Origin: Alphaproteobacteria bacterium
Lineage (GTDB): Bacteria > Pseudomonadota > Alphaproteobacteria > Rs-D84
Assembly (NCBI GenBank): GCA_017546265.1
Contig: JAFYXG010000011.1
Span: 221 to 64,220, forward strand
DNA: 64,000 bases
Reading direction: 5' to 3'
Part shown: piece by piece, positions 44,805 to 52,718 of the stretch
How positions within the stretch are numbered: the first letter of the stretch is position 1
Layout of the letters: every line of letters begins with the position of its first letter
Translations under genes and position numbers: made by a program
The notes under the pieces: model-generated
Databases searched by the model: none
Seen by the model: the letters and a program-made list of their open reading frames with translations, nothing else
What the model was told of the DNA's origin: nothing

Positions 44805-45700
44805 TACTGCGTCATTTGCTTACTTTTTTATTTGTGCTTGCCGTTCCTGTTTGCGGTTATGCTGACATGGTTGGTTATAACGGTGATTTGCGCCGATATG
44901 TGACTGATGCAGAAAAGTCACAGTTTCCATTTAATACGGTTGTTCGCTTTGATGATGGTGTGTCAACTGGTACAGGCACATTTGTATCGCCCAGTGTTAT
45001 TTTGACATGTCGTCATGTTGTTGACGGTGTGGGCCAGGGTAATTCTATAACCTATTATACATCTGATGGGGTGGCACATTCTGGTTTAGTATTTGCGTAC
45101 ATCAAGGACGATTACAGTGGCCATGATTTTGCGTATGTTATTGATCGTGATGCATTGCGTGGCAAACCTTTACTAGATGTTGCTTCGGCTGCCCGTGATG
45201 ATGCCAATGTGATGACAATTGGGTATGACAGTTTAAAGCCGCTATCGCCCCAGGAATTAGCCATAATAAAACGCGTGTACAAGACCAAGATTTCCCAGGC
45301 TGGTGGTCTGCGGCCAGATAATGCATTCAAAATACTGGCTGGGGTCGAGAAAGAGTTGCGTACAACCTATGCCTGCACTACACCAGACCAGCAGCATTGT
45401 GTTCACTGCACGGGCGAGTTTCCATTTTGTATATTTGATGACAGTAAAAATATGAAAACTCAATCCGGTTGTGCTGCTCGGGTTTCAGGTGATCAGATTC
45501 ATACCACCTGTGCCAGTGCCCAAGGTGCATCTGGTTCGCCCGTCATAGATGGGACGCGAACTGTATTGTCTGGTGTTTTGTGTGAACTCGAAGGGTTTCA
45601 AATAGGTCAATCAGCCGATGCGACATCATGGGCTACGCGTCCTGAAATGTACTATGAAACATTGAAAATGGTTATTGAAAATGTTGATTCTTCACAATAA
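44801..45700 (+). CDS. secreted trypsin-like (S1-family) serine protease, module A2
   Basis: Signal peptide. Triad contexts LTCRHV (His), HDFAYV (Asp) and GASGSPV (Ser). ATGA overlap with A1. Confidence 0.8.
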   Translation: MILRHLLTFLFVLAVPVCGYADMVGYNGDLRRYVTDAEKSQFPFNTVVRFDDGVSTGTGTFVSPSVILTCRHVVDGVGQGNSITYYTSDGVAHSGLVFAYIKDDYSGHDFAYVIDRDALRGKPLLDVASAARDDANVMTIGYDSLKPLSPQELAIIKRVYKTKISQAGGLRPDNAFKILAGVEKELRTTYACTTPDQQHCVHCTGEFPFCIFDDSKNMKTQSGCAARVSGDQIHTTCASAQGASGSPVIDGTRTVLSGVLCELEGFQIGQSADATSWATRPEMYYETLKMVIENVDSSQ

Positions 45701-45762
45701 TGTGGCGAAATAGGTTTCGGAATGATATAATACTCGCATATATAAAAACAAAGGTGAAAGTT

Positions 45763-46098
45763 ATGGCAAAGCAAGATTTGGTAAATGAACGCGTAAATAT
45801 TGCACAACAAGAATTGGCAAAACGTGCACAAAGATTGGATCGTTTGGTTGCGTCTCGCCGTGGCAAAATGAATGCGGTCGGTTTTGACCGTGGTGTAGAA
45901 TTGGTCCGTGAAATGATAGAAAATCAATCGAAACTGTATGATGTTGTTGTTTTTGATATGCCAAAAACCGCATTGGAACAGCATCGTAATTTAATGTTGG
46001 CCACGGGCACCATGAATCAGTCCGTCCAGGAAGGAATCAAGACCGCCACCGATGCGATTGACGCAATGTTGCATACATTGGAACAAATGAGTCGTTAA
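45763..46098 (+). CDS. small helical hypothetical protein (111 aa), module A3
   Basis: ORF 45700-46098 trimmed to ATG 45763 (AAAGGTGAAAG RBS). TGATATAAT at 45723-45731. Confidence 0.6.
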   Translation: MAKQDLVNERVNIAQQELAKRAQRLDRLVASRRGKMNAVGFDRGVELVREMIENQSKLYDVVVFDMPKTALEQHRNLMLATGTMNQSVQEGIKTATDAIDAMLHTLEQMSR

Positions 46099-46105
46099 AA
46101 TTCTG

Positions 46106-46126
46106 CCGTCCGTCTGGGCGGTTTTT
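46106..46126 (+). terminator. Rho-independent terminator
   Basis: CCGTCC-GTCT-GGGCGG hairpin (one G-U pair) followed by a T5 run. Confidence 0.55.
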
Positions 46127-46178
46127 GTAGCTATGTAAGATTTGACATGCTGTTGCATAATAAGAACAAGGAAGTATT

Positions 46179-46400
46179 ATGAAAGGTGCGATAATTTTTT
46201 GTATTCTTGGGATTCTTTATTGTACGCTTAATTCATGTGCGATAAATTCGCGTGCGGACAGCATAATGCATCAGATGTATGCCGGTCAATACACATTAAT
46301 GTCAGTGATGTTTTTGTGTTGTATATTTATCGTGCTGGCAGTGATGCAAAACAAAAAATCCAGTGAAAAATCCGATACAGAAAAACAGATCAGTAAATAA
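46179..46400 (+). CDS. small membrane protein / possible lipoprotein (73 aa)
   Basis: AAGGAAG RBS and two hydrophobic segments. Possible lipobox LNSC. Confidence 0.5.
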   Translation: MKGAIIFCILGILYCTLNSCAINSRADSIMHQMYAGQYTLMSVMFLCCIFIVLAVMQNKKSSEKSDTEKQISK

Positions 46401-46428
46401 AAAATGCCCTGATGGGCATTATTTATTT
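46400..46428 (+). terminator. Rho-independent terminator at the core/island boundary
   Basis: ATGCCC-TGAT-GGGCAT hairpin (46403-46418) followed by TATTTATTTT. Confidence 0.6.
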
Positions 46429-46626
46429 TGGTTGACGATAGTTAACGAATTTCGAACCACTTACTATAATGATATTATGAACATCGCAACGATAGTGAAA
46501 CAACTAATCAATAATAATATTATGTGTTTTCAAACAAATATACACATCGCATAAAAAATATACTGTCAAAAAACAAATTATACATTATTATGGTAAAGAT
46601 ACATAAAACCATAAAGGTGCATAATA

Positions 46627-47487
46627 ATGACCAAGTTAGGCACATCATACGAAAAACTTGTTCAGGACATATTTCAAACCATCCTTAACACTGAATATGG
46701 ACAAAGAAACATTAAAGTTCAGAGAAATGTAAAACTTATTGGCAAATCAGGAATAGAACGTGAATTTGACATTTATTGGGAATATGAACAAGCAGGTTTC
46801 ATTCACAAAACTGTAATAGAGTGCAAAGACTATTCTAACCCAATATCAATCGATAGAATAGATGCTTTTATTGGAAAATTACAAGATTTTCCAAATATGT
46901 TTGGCGTTTTTGCCACAAAAGTAGGTTATCAATCTGGTGCAATGGCATATGCCGAGAATAACAACATAGACACAATAATAATTAGAGAACCAGATATAAC
47001 AAAAGACTTTACTGACAAATCTGGAATCCCTTTAATAAAAATAATCCAGCTAAATATAGAAATGCATTTGCCACCAATAATAACAAAAGTCAATGCGGTT
47101 TTAGATAAAGAATATATTAAAGAAAATTCTATTACAAATATACCCCCAAATGAATACGTTAGTTTTCCCGACAAAATCTGGATAGAAAACACAGAAACAG
47201 GAACAAAAAATACCCTGTATGACATTATACACGATATAGAAACTAATCCAGAACCAACATACGGACACCATGAAAAACAAATAAGATTTAGTAATACATT
47301 TATAACGTATGAAAACGGAACGCGTTTCAAAATAAAACAACTTGATATAGCATATGAAACTCATGCGCCAACAGTATCCACAATAAACATAGATGCACAA
47401 AATATATTCACTGCCATAATAGAGTACTTATCTAATGGTAATAAAAAAGCGTTCTTATATAATGGTACAATTAAGAACCTTACATAA
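46627..47487 (+). CDS. Mrr-like (PD-(D/E)xK) restriction-endonuclease-domain protein with unknown C-terminal domain
   Basis: Block GIEREFDIYWEY...VIECKDYSNPISIDRIDAFIGKL...GVFATKVGYQSGA fits the Mrr_cat pattern as recalled. About 150 further aa are of unknown type. Confidence 0.65.
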   Translation: MTKLGTSYEKLVQDIFQTILNTEYGQRNIKVQRNVKLIGKSGIEREFDIYWEYEQAGFIHKTVIECKDYSNPISIDRIDAFIGKLQDFPNMFGVFATKVGYQSGAMAYAENNNIDTIIIREPDITKDFTDKSGIPLIKIIQLNIEMHLPPIITKVNAVLDKEYIKENSITNIPPNEYVSFPDKIWIENTETGTKNTLYDIIHDIETNPEPTYGHHEKQIRFSNTFITYENGTRFKIKQLDIAYETHAPTVSTINIDAQNIFTAIIEYLSNGNKKAFLYNGTIKNLT

Positions 47488-47550
47488 CTTGTTTTTCACT
47501 AAAATCAATCCTATGATTACACATAAGTAATAAACATAGGGTTTTGATTT

Positions 47551-48231
47551 ATGGTAAATGATAAAAAATACTGCTCATTACAAGAAAGCACATACTGGAT
47601 TGCCTTTGGCACAACGACTCCACCAGCGCAAGTCGTTCTTGAACAAGAACAAGTACTAAATAAAGCCAAAGAAAACCTATTTGATATGCTAGTTGCTGGG
47701 TTGCTTATCCCAACAGGTATTCAAATGGAATTAAAACCAACTGATTATCTGCCAAAATATCATAAATCCGAACGTAAAAAATTCAAAGTACATCAATCTA
47801 TCTTTCTAGACATAGTAGAGAACAGTATTTTTGATGCTTATATAGACGACAATAAACATGTTCAATGCAACCAGTTCAAATTCATGACAGACATAGAAAT
47901 TGATTTTAATGAACTAAAAAAGCATTTCCCGCCAAAACAAGACGATACAAACACAAAAAAACGCCCCGTAAGCAGACAAATTCATGACATCGTGTACTAT
48001 TTCTGGGAAAACAACCCGAATTTATCAGTAAAGCAAATTAGTGATATAACCAATTATGTTATAGTAAATTTTTTCCCTGAAATAGCAAAAGGCAAAAATA
48101 CGGTAAAGCTAAACACGGTAAGAACATGGCGTTCCGAATTTTCACAAGGCAAATACACCCCCGCAATCCCAAAACATAAGATAAGCAAACAATATCGTGG
48201 CATATTTCAAAAACTTAACGATGCTATATAA
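47551..48231 (+). CDS. hypothetical protein (226 aa), possible C-terminal HTH
   Basis: ORF in the island. No family recognised. Confidence 0.5.
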   Translation: MVNDKKYCSLQESTYWIAFGTTTPPAQVVLEQEQVLNKAKENLFDMLVAGLLIPTGIQMELKPTDYLPKYHKSERKKFKVHQSIFLDIVENSIFDAYIDDNKHVQCNQFKFMTDIEIDFNELKKHFPPKQDDTNTKKRPVSRQIHDIVYYFWENNPNLSVKQISDITNYVIVNFFPEIAKGKNTVKLNTVRTWRSEFSQGKYTPAIPKHKISKQYRGIFQKLNDAI

Positions 48232-48393
48232 ATATAGATATAAAATAGATTTAATATAAATATCATTTTCAAAAAAAAATTTTCATATAAAAGCCCCTGT
48301 TTTATGGGTTTTTTTTGAAATATATTTCCCCACAAATTTCAGACATGTGTATTAGTACTTAAATATTTTTTACGTCCAATACATTTTTTGCTT

Positions 48394-48552
48394 ATGGAAA
48401 CACAAGGCAAGTTATCTTTGAAACTAAAAAAACTGTACGCCGAACCAATATCGGACACAGATGCCACAGATGCGGCTGGGGGCTTAATTGCGTTTTTCAA
48501 GATTCTTGCTGATATAGCCAAAGAACAAAAACAGATAAAGGGGGTGGTATAG
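48394..48552 (+). CDS. small hypothetical protein (52 aa), tentative
   Basis: Hand-translated METQGKLSLKLKKLYAEPISDTDATDAAGGLIAFFKILADIAKEQKQIKGVV, followed by a hairpin and T6 run at 48553-48594. Preferred over the antisense ORF 48339-48521. Confidence 0.3.
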   Translation: METQGKLSLKLKKLYAEPISDTDATDAAGGLIAFFKILADIAKEQKQIKGVV

Positions 48553-48749
48553 GGGGTATGTTCAGCCAGCGCAAACCCAGCGCACCCCTTTTTTACGATA
48601 TACAGGGGGCATATTTGTGGACTCTATTACATAAACAATAATATTGCACCCCGCCCTTATTGCAAGTGTAATCGGCGAAAATCCACACAAATCAAATAAA
48701 AATTGGGGAATACCCCCATTAAATAACTAATACATAAAAGGAGTATGGT

Positions 48750-49259
48750 ATGTTAAAAGAAAATCCAAAAAACAAAGACCTTATAAAATATGTACAGGAC
48801 TTTGCACCAAACTATCACTTAACCCTACAATGGGACTTGAACCACAGAACACGTACAATACCTGTACTGGAAAAACGTCTGGATTATTTTATGTCCCGTG
48901 TACAAAGGGAACTAATGGGTCGTGGGTGGCATCGCCACCATATACCTTTTATCGGTTTTGGCGAGATAAATGAATTTGGGGAATATCACATGCATATACT
49001 GATAAAAGATACACAGCATACCTTATCACAATGGAAACAGGCATTTCACAAGATAAGTGTACGAACAAGACAAACACCAATCCCCAGGAATCCCTATTTA
49101 CAAGAAATAACCCCAGGGACAGAGTGGCAAGTTGCAAAATACTGCACCAAACAATTAAACAGTGTGGATGATGCATACGCAAATTCTGTGCTTATTACAT
49201 CTGAATACTTATTTGGTAAAAAGAAACGAGGGAAACAATGGGTTGGACGTATTTTATAA
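48750..49259 (+). CDS. HUH-superfamily single-Tyr nuclease (rolling-circle Rep / IS200-type Y1 transposase / RAYT-like), tentative
   Basis: AAGGAG RBS. Three ordered motifs: YHLTLQW (motif I-like), EYHMHILIK (HUH) and VAKYCTKQ (Y-x2-K). Confidence 0.5.
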   Translation: MLKENPKNKDLIKYVQDFAPNYHLTLQWDLNHRTRTIPVLEKRLDYFMSRVQRELMGRGWHRHHIPFIGFGEINEFGEYHMHILIKDTQHTLSQWKQAFHKISVRTRQTPIPRNPYLQEITPGTEWQVAKYCTKQLNSVDDAYANSVLITSEYLFGKKKRGKQWVGRIL

Positions 49260-49353
49260 CATATAACATGCAAAAATCTGCGTTTTTTCATTTTTCAAAT
49301 AATGGAAAGATGCGAATTTCTGGGCGAACAACAAAAAAATAGCAACTTTCATT

Positions 49354-49387
49354 GATTTATAGATACGCCATGGCGTATCTATAAATC
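49354..49387. repeat. perfect 34-bp palindrome (17+17, no loop)
   Basis: GATTTATAGATACGCCA|TGGCGTATCTATAAATC, 95 nt downstream of the HUH gene stop. Confidence 0.95.
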
Positions 49388-49573
49388 AGATAAACTTGTT
49401 TGTTGCCAAACAAATTATATCACATTTTGCTGTTTTTTTCAACACAGTATCCACCGCCCCACAACAAACCAAAAAAGGGTTGCCCTATGCCGATATATAA
49501 AAACTTTACCACCCTATATCCCACCATGAATTATTTCTTGGTGTTTTGGAAATTTCAGTATATACTGTACATT

Positions 49574-49796
49574 GAATCCAGTGGGAATTGGATTCGGGGC
49601 TGTGATAAGCCCAGTTCACACGGTGCAAATACGCATCGTTATCTTGATGTAATGGTGCGTTGCACCGTTATGTCCCTGACCTTTGTGGTCGGGGAGCTGT
49701 TGGCTATACAACAGGGGAAACCTAAAAGCCACGGAATCATTTGTGAACTGATTTATCAACTCCCCGACCGTCTTATTCCCTATGACGGTCTTTTTT
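49574..49796 (+). ncRNA. highly structured leader of about 220 nt with intrinsic terminator (candidate riboswitch/attenuator, sRNA, or ssDNA origin)
   Basis: Stems seen by eye: GAATCC/GGATTC (49574-79/49590-95), GGGCT/AGCCC (49597-601/49608-12), ACGGTGCAA/TTGCACCGT (49620-28/49660-68), GGTCGGGGAG/CTCCCCGACC (49687-96/49760-69) and CTGTTG/CAACAG (49697-702/49709-14). Terminator GACCGTC/GACGGTC plus T6 at 49766-49796. Confidence 0.45.
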
Positions 49797-49816
49797 ACAC
49801 TTACAAGGGGACAGAT

Positions 49817-49990
49817 ATGAAAAAACATACAATGTATTATTGGGGAATTGCGTTAACTATACTTAGCTTTTTTGCACTGGTTATGACAACAGACCCATTG
49901 GCGATTGGGCGATATTTTGGCGGTATCGGTGCGGGCATTATCTTGACTATTGTTGGCTATAAAAAGTCAAAAAAACAGACAAAGGAATAA
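49817..49990 (+). CDS. small two-TM membrane protein (57 aa)
   Basis: The ATG 49817 sub-ORF of the implausible 196-aa ORF, with AAGGGGA RBS. Sequence MKKHTMYYWGIALTILSFFALVM...GGIGAGIILTIVGY. Confidence 0.45.
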   Translation: MKKHTMYYWGIALTILSFFALVMTTDPLAIGRYFGGIGAGIILTIVGYKKSKKQTKE

Positions 49991-49992
49991 AT

Positions 49993-50175
49993 ATGGACAG
50001 GCTAATCATAATATTATTTTTAGTGTTATGGGGCATTGTAATGAAAGCCCTTATAAAACCGTCAAGCAAACCAGAGCCATATATAGAAGTCCTGTTCTAT
50101 ATTGGACTGATTCTTGTAATTCCATATATTGTATTCATTCTACTAGGTGGGAAAAACAATGGCAAATCAAAATAA
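49993..50175 (+). CDS. small two-TM membrane protein (60 aa)
   Basis: Starts 3 nt after the previous stop. Hydrophobic throughout. Confidence 0.45.
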   Translation: MDRLIIILFLVLWGIVMKALIKPSSKPEPYIEVLFYIGLILVIPYIVFILLGGKNNGKSK

Positions 50176-50617
50176 ATACATCATTGGCATTTGTTGTTTG
50201 TTGTGTGCATGTACAGCAATCACAAAAAACACAACCAAAAATGACTTTTTTACAAAAGTTGAAACATTATCCCCTGTATGCCAAAGAGCAACAGTTATAG
50301 CTAATATCATAGATAGAGCTTATTCAAACATAGAAAAAAACAACAGCCTTTCTGATACAGCAATGGTACACATTTGTGTTGCTGATGCTGTATATCAAGC
50401 CACAGACACAGAACTAACCGCGATAATAACGGACAAATACACGTATAACACATTGTCAAGCCTCTACAAAACATGTAACGAAACAATAGATTCTATCGGC
50501 ACCCGCTTATCACTATTATTTAAATACAGCGACAGATTAAAACAGCTTAATGAATATGTAATCAAAGCCACTCAAGATTGTTATTTAGTAGAGCAGATGC
50601 AAATAAATAAAATCTAA
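50159..50617 (+). CDS. lipoprotein (152 aa), function unknown
   Basis: ATG 50159 (MANQNKYIIGICCLLCAC) with lipobox LLCAC. Overlaps the previous small ORF. Confidence 0.55.
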   Translation: MANQNKYIIGICCLLCACTAITKNTTKNDFFTKVETLSPVCQRATVIANIIDRAYSNIEKNNSLSDTAMVHICVADAVYQATDTELTAIITDKYTYNTLSSLYKTCNETIDSIGTRLSLLFKYSDRLKQLNEYVIKATQDCYLVEQMQINKI

Positions 50618-50671
50618 CACTTGAAAAAATAACAAACGAAACCATGTATATATGTGTTAAAGAAGAATAAT

Positions 50672-50696
50672 CTCCCATCTGTGGGAGTTATTTTTT
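50672..50696 (+). terminator. Rho-independent terminator
   Basis: CTCCCA-TCTG-TGGGAG hairpin followed by TTATTTTTTATT. Confidence 0.55.
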
Positions 50697-50760
50697 ATTG
50701 ACAACAAACAAATTTCATGTCAAAATTAACAAAACTTCGTTAAAAATGGAGCGAAACAAC

Positions 50761-51951
50761 ATGTTTTTAAACTTTAAAATCAAAAATTATCGTTCAATCG
50801 GTCGAGAAGTCGTTGTCGATTTTACTATCTCTGAAAGCCAAAGAAAAAACGCTTATTCCGAGATTGCTGGCAAGGCTATCAATAACATCGCTTGTATCGT
50901 TGGTCCCAACGCCAGCGGAAAAAGTAATATACTAAAAGCAATTGTATTCTTTCTTAGATATCTTTATCGTTCCTACTCTGTTCCGTCATTGAGAGGTGAG
51001 GATAATGTAGATACACATTTTTGTTGTAAAAATGAGCCCACAGAATTTTCTACAGAATTTATAGACAACGAAAAACAGTATAAGTACGAAATAGCACTTT
51101 TAAAAGGCGAAGTTCACAAAGAAGTTCTGTCTGTACTCAAAGAAGATACAAAACGCTATAATCTAATCTTTAAACGAGAATCAAACAAACCTATACAGAA
51201 TATAATTACTATAAACGAACAGGATTTAGAGCGCTTACGTGACGATATGTCTTTGTTGTCGTTATTGTTGGAATTGAATTATTTTGGCAAAGATGAATTT
51301 AGTACGTTAAGAAAATTTTTAACAAATGTACACCCTGGATTTGTTATCGGTCGATACAATCCATTGCAAGAGCTTAGCGAGATATCTAAAGAACTGGAAA
51401 AGGATAAATTGTTATTTGATGAATTGATTGAAGAACTTAAGAATATTGACACGGGTATTTCTGGTTTAAAATTCGGAACATTACAAAAAGCAAACCCAGA
51501 TTTGACCGGAGAATCAGAATATTCTACCATAATTACCACACATACTATTGATGGACATCTTCATCCTCTACTACTTCTGCAAGAATCTAGTGGAACATTA
51601 AATTATATTAATTTGTTTATACGACTGTATAAAATCTTTAGAGATGGTGGGCTGTTGATAGCAGATGAACTAGAGGACAGTCTTCATCCCGATATAACAA
51701 ATAGAATAATTAATAGATTCTTAAACAAGGAGAAAAATCCAAACGACTCGCAAATCTTATTTACCACACACAATCCGTGGTTCTTACAGAATTTGACAAA
51801 AACACAAATATTTATCGCAGAAAAGGACTCAAAAAGCGAAACAGAGCTTACGAGACTGGACGAAATTCAAGGGGTCAGAAATGATGAAAATTATTTCATC
51901 AAATATCTAGCAGGCGAATATGATGGGCGACCAAAAATCAAGGAGTCCTAA
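50761..51951 (+). CDS. ABC-type AAA ATPase (AAA_15/AAA_21-like), AbiLi/RloA-like
   Basis: ATG 50761 (GGAG 9 nt upstream; MFLNFKIKNYRSIG). Walker A GPNASGKSN, Walker B/D-loop LLIADELEDSLHP and H-loop FTTHNP. Confidence 0.8.
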   Translation: MFLNFKIKNYRSIGREVVVDFTISESQRKNAYSEIAGKAINNIACIVGPNASGKSNILKAIVFFLRYLYRSYSVPSLRGEDNVDTHFCCKNEPTEFSTEFIDNEKQYKYEIALLKGEVHKEVLSVLKEDTKRYNLIFKRESNKPIQNIITINEQDLERLRDDMSLLSLLLELNYFGKDEFSTLRKFLTNVHPGFVIGRYNPLQELSEISKELEKDKLLFDELIEELKNIDTGISGLKFGTLQKANPDLTGESEYSTIITTHTIDGHLHPLLLLQESSGTLNYINLFIRLYKIFRDGGLLIADELEDSLHPDITNRIINRFLNKEKNPNDSQILFTTHNPWFLQNLTKTQIFIAEKDSKSETELTRLDEIQGVRNDENYFIKYLAGEYDGRPKIKES

Positions 51952-51953
51952 TA

Positions 51954-52697
51954 ATGAAGAAGAAAAAACGCAATTCCATAATAATTGTTCATGAAGGCGA
52001 CCGAGAATTATATTTTTTAGAACATATATCTCAATTTAGCGATGTTCGATTAAATCCGCAACACTGTCACGGCGGAAGTGGAACAAATGTTTTGAACACA
52101 GCTTTTAAGCATTCTGATTATGGTCAAGTAACATTTGCGTTTTTTGATGAAGATTTTCAATTTGTTGCCCCTTTACAAATTGATGAAGAAACTCTTGCTG
52201 CCCTAGAACGCAGATGGCGTTTGTCTGAAGGAACACTGAAAGACGTCAAGTACACTGATTTGCAAGCGCAAAACACAGATGGTCGAAATCCCATATTAAT
52301 CGTTTCTTCTCCCAATTCTATAGAGGGATTGATTTTAAGACTTATTGGCATTTCTGAGAAAGCACTACGTGGAAAAACAACAAGAAAACTGAAAGAAATG
52401 CTGGATGCCGAAATAGCCACCATAGAATTAACAGAAGAAGACCTGAGCTGTATCGACGTTTGTGAAAATAAAATTCATCGCTACCTTTTGGCAAAAGCGG
52501 AATTAACAAAGGAAGCCCCTTGCTATAAACAACGGTTAAAATCTATAGACTCCAAAATCGACGAAACAAAAAAACAAAAACATAAAATTGTATTCAAAAG
52601 ATTTTTAAATACTAAAGTAGGACGAGATGTTTTAATTGCCAATATAGACCAAATACCCGCAGTTAAATTATTATTAGATGCCTTTGGCGTTTGTTAA
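51954..52697 (+). CDS. RloB-like protein (AbiLii-like partner of the ATPase)
   Basis: Starts 2 nt after the ATPase stop. N-terminal block IIIVHEGDRELYFLEHI resembles the RloB EG..TE..YF motif. Later block ILIVSSPNSIEGLILRL. Confidence 0.65.
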   Translation: MKKKKRNSIIIVHEGDRELYFLEHISQFSDVRLNPQHCHGGSGTNVLNTAFKHSDYGQVTFAFFDEDFQFVAPLQIDEETLAALERRWRLSEGTLKDVKYTDLQAQNTDGRNPILIVSSPNSIEGLILRLIGISEKALRGKTTRKLKEMLDAEIATIELTEEDLSCIDVCENKIHRYLLAKAELTKEAPCYKQRLKSIDSKIDETKKQKHKIVFKRFLNTKVGRDVLIANIDQIPAVKLLLDAFGVC

Positions 52698-52718
52698 CTA
52701 TCCTTGGCGAGGTCAAAT

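Noticed and set aside
48339-48521. 60-aa minus-strand ORF in the island
   Set aside because: It has no RBS or terminator. The overlapping plus-strand 52-aa ORF (48394-48552) has a downstream terminator and matches the orientation of all other island genes. Both remain weak.
49715-49740. Possible c-di-GMP-I (GEMM) riboswitch similarity (ACAGGGGAAACC...AAAAGCCACGG) within the structured leader
   Set aside because: Only short stretches resemble the GEMM-I consensus as I remember it. The expected two-hairpin tetraloop/receptor architecture is not evident. No class assignment is made without a covariance-model search.
49400-49816. N-terminal 139 aa of the 196-aa ORF 49400-49990
   Set aside because: This region is better explained by nested RNA/DNA hairpins and an intrinsic terminator (49766-49796). 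The translation looks non-protein-like. Only the C-terminal 57-aa two-TM ORF, with its own RBS, is kept.
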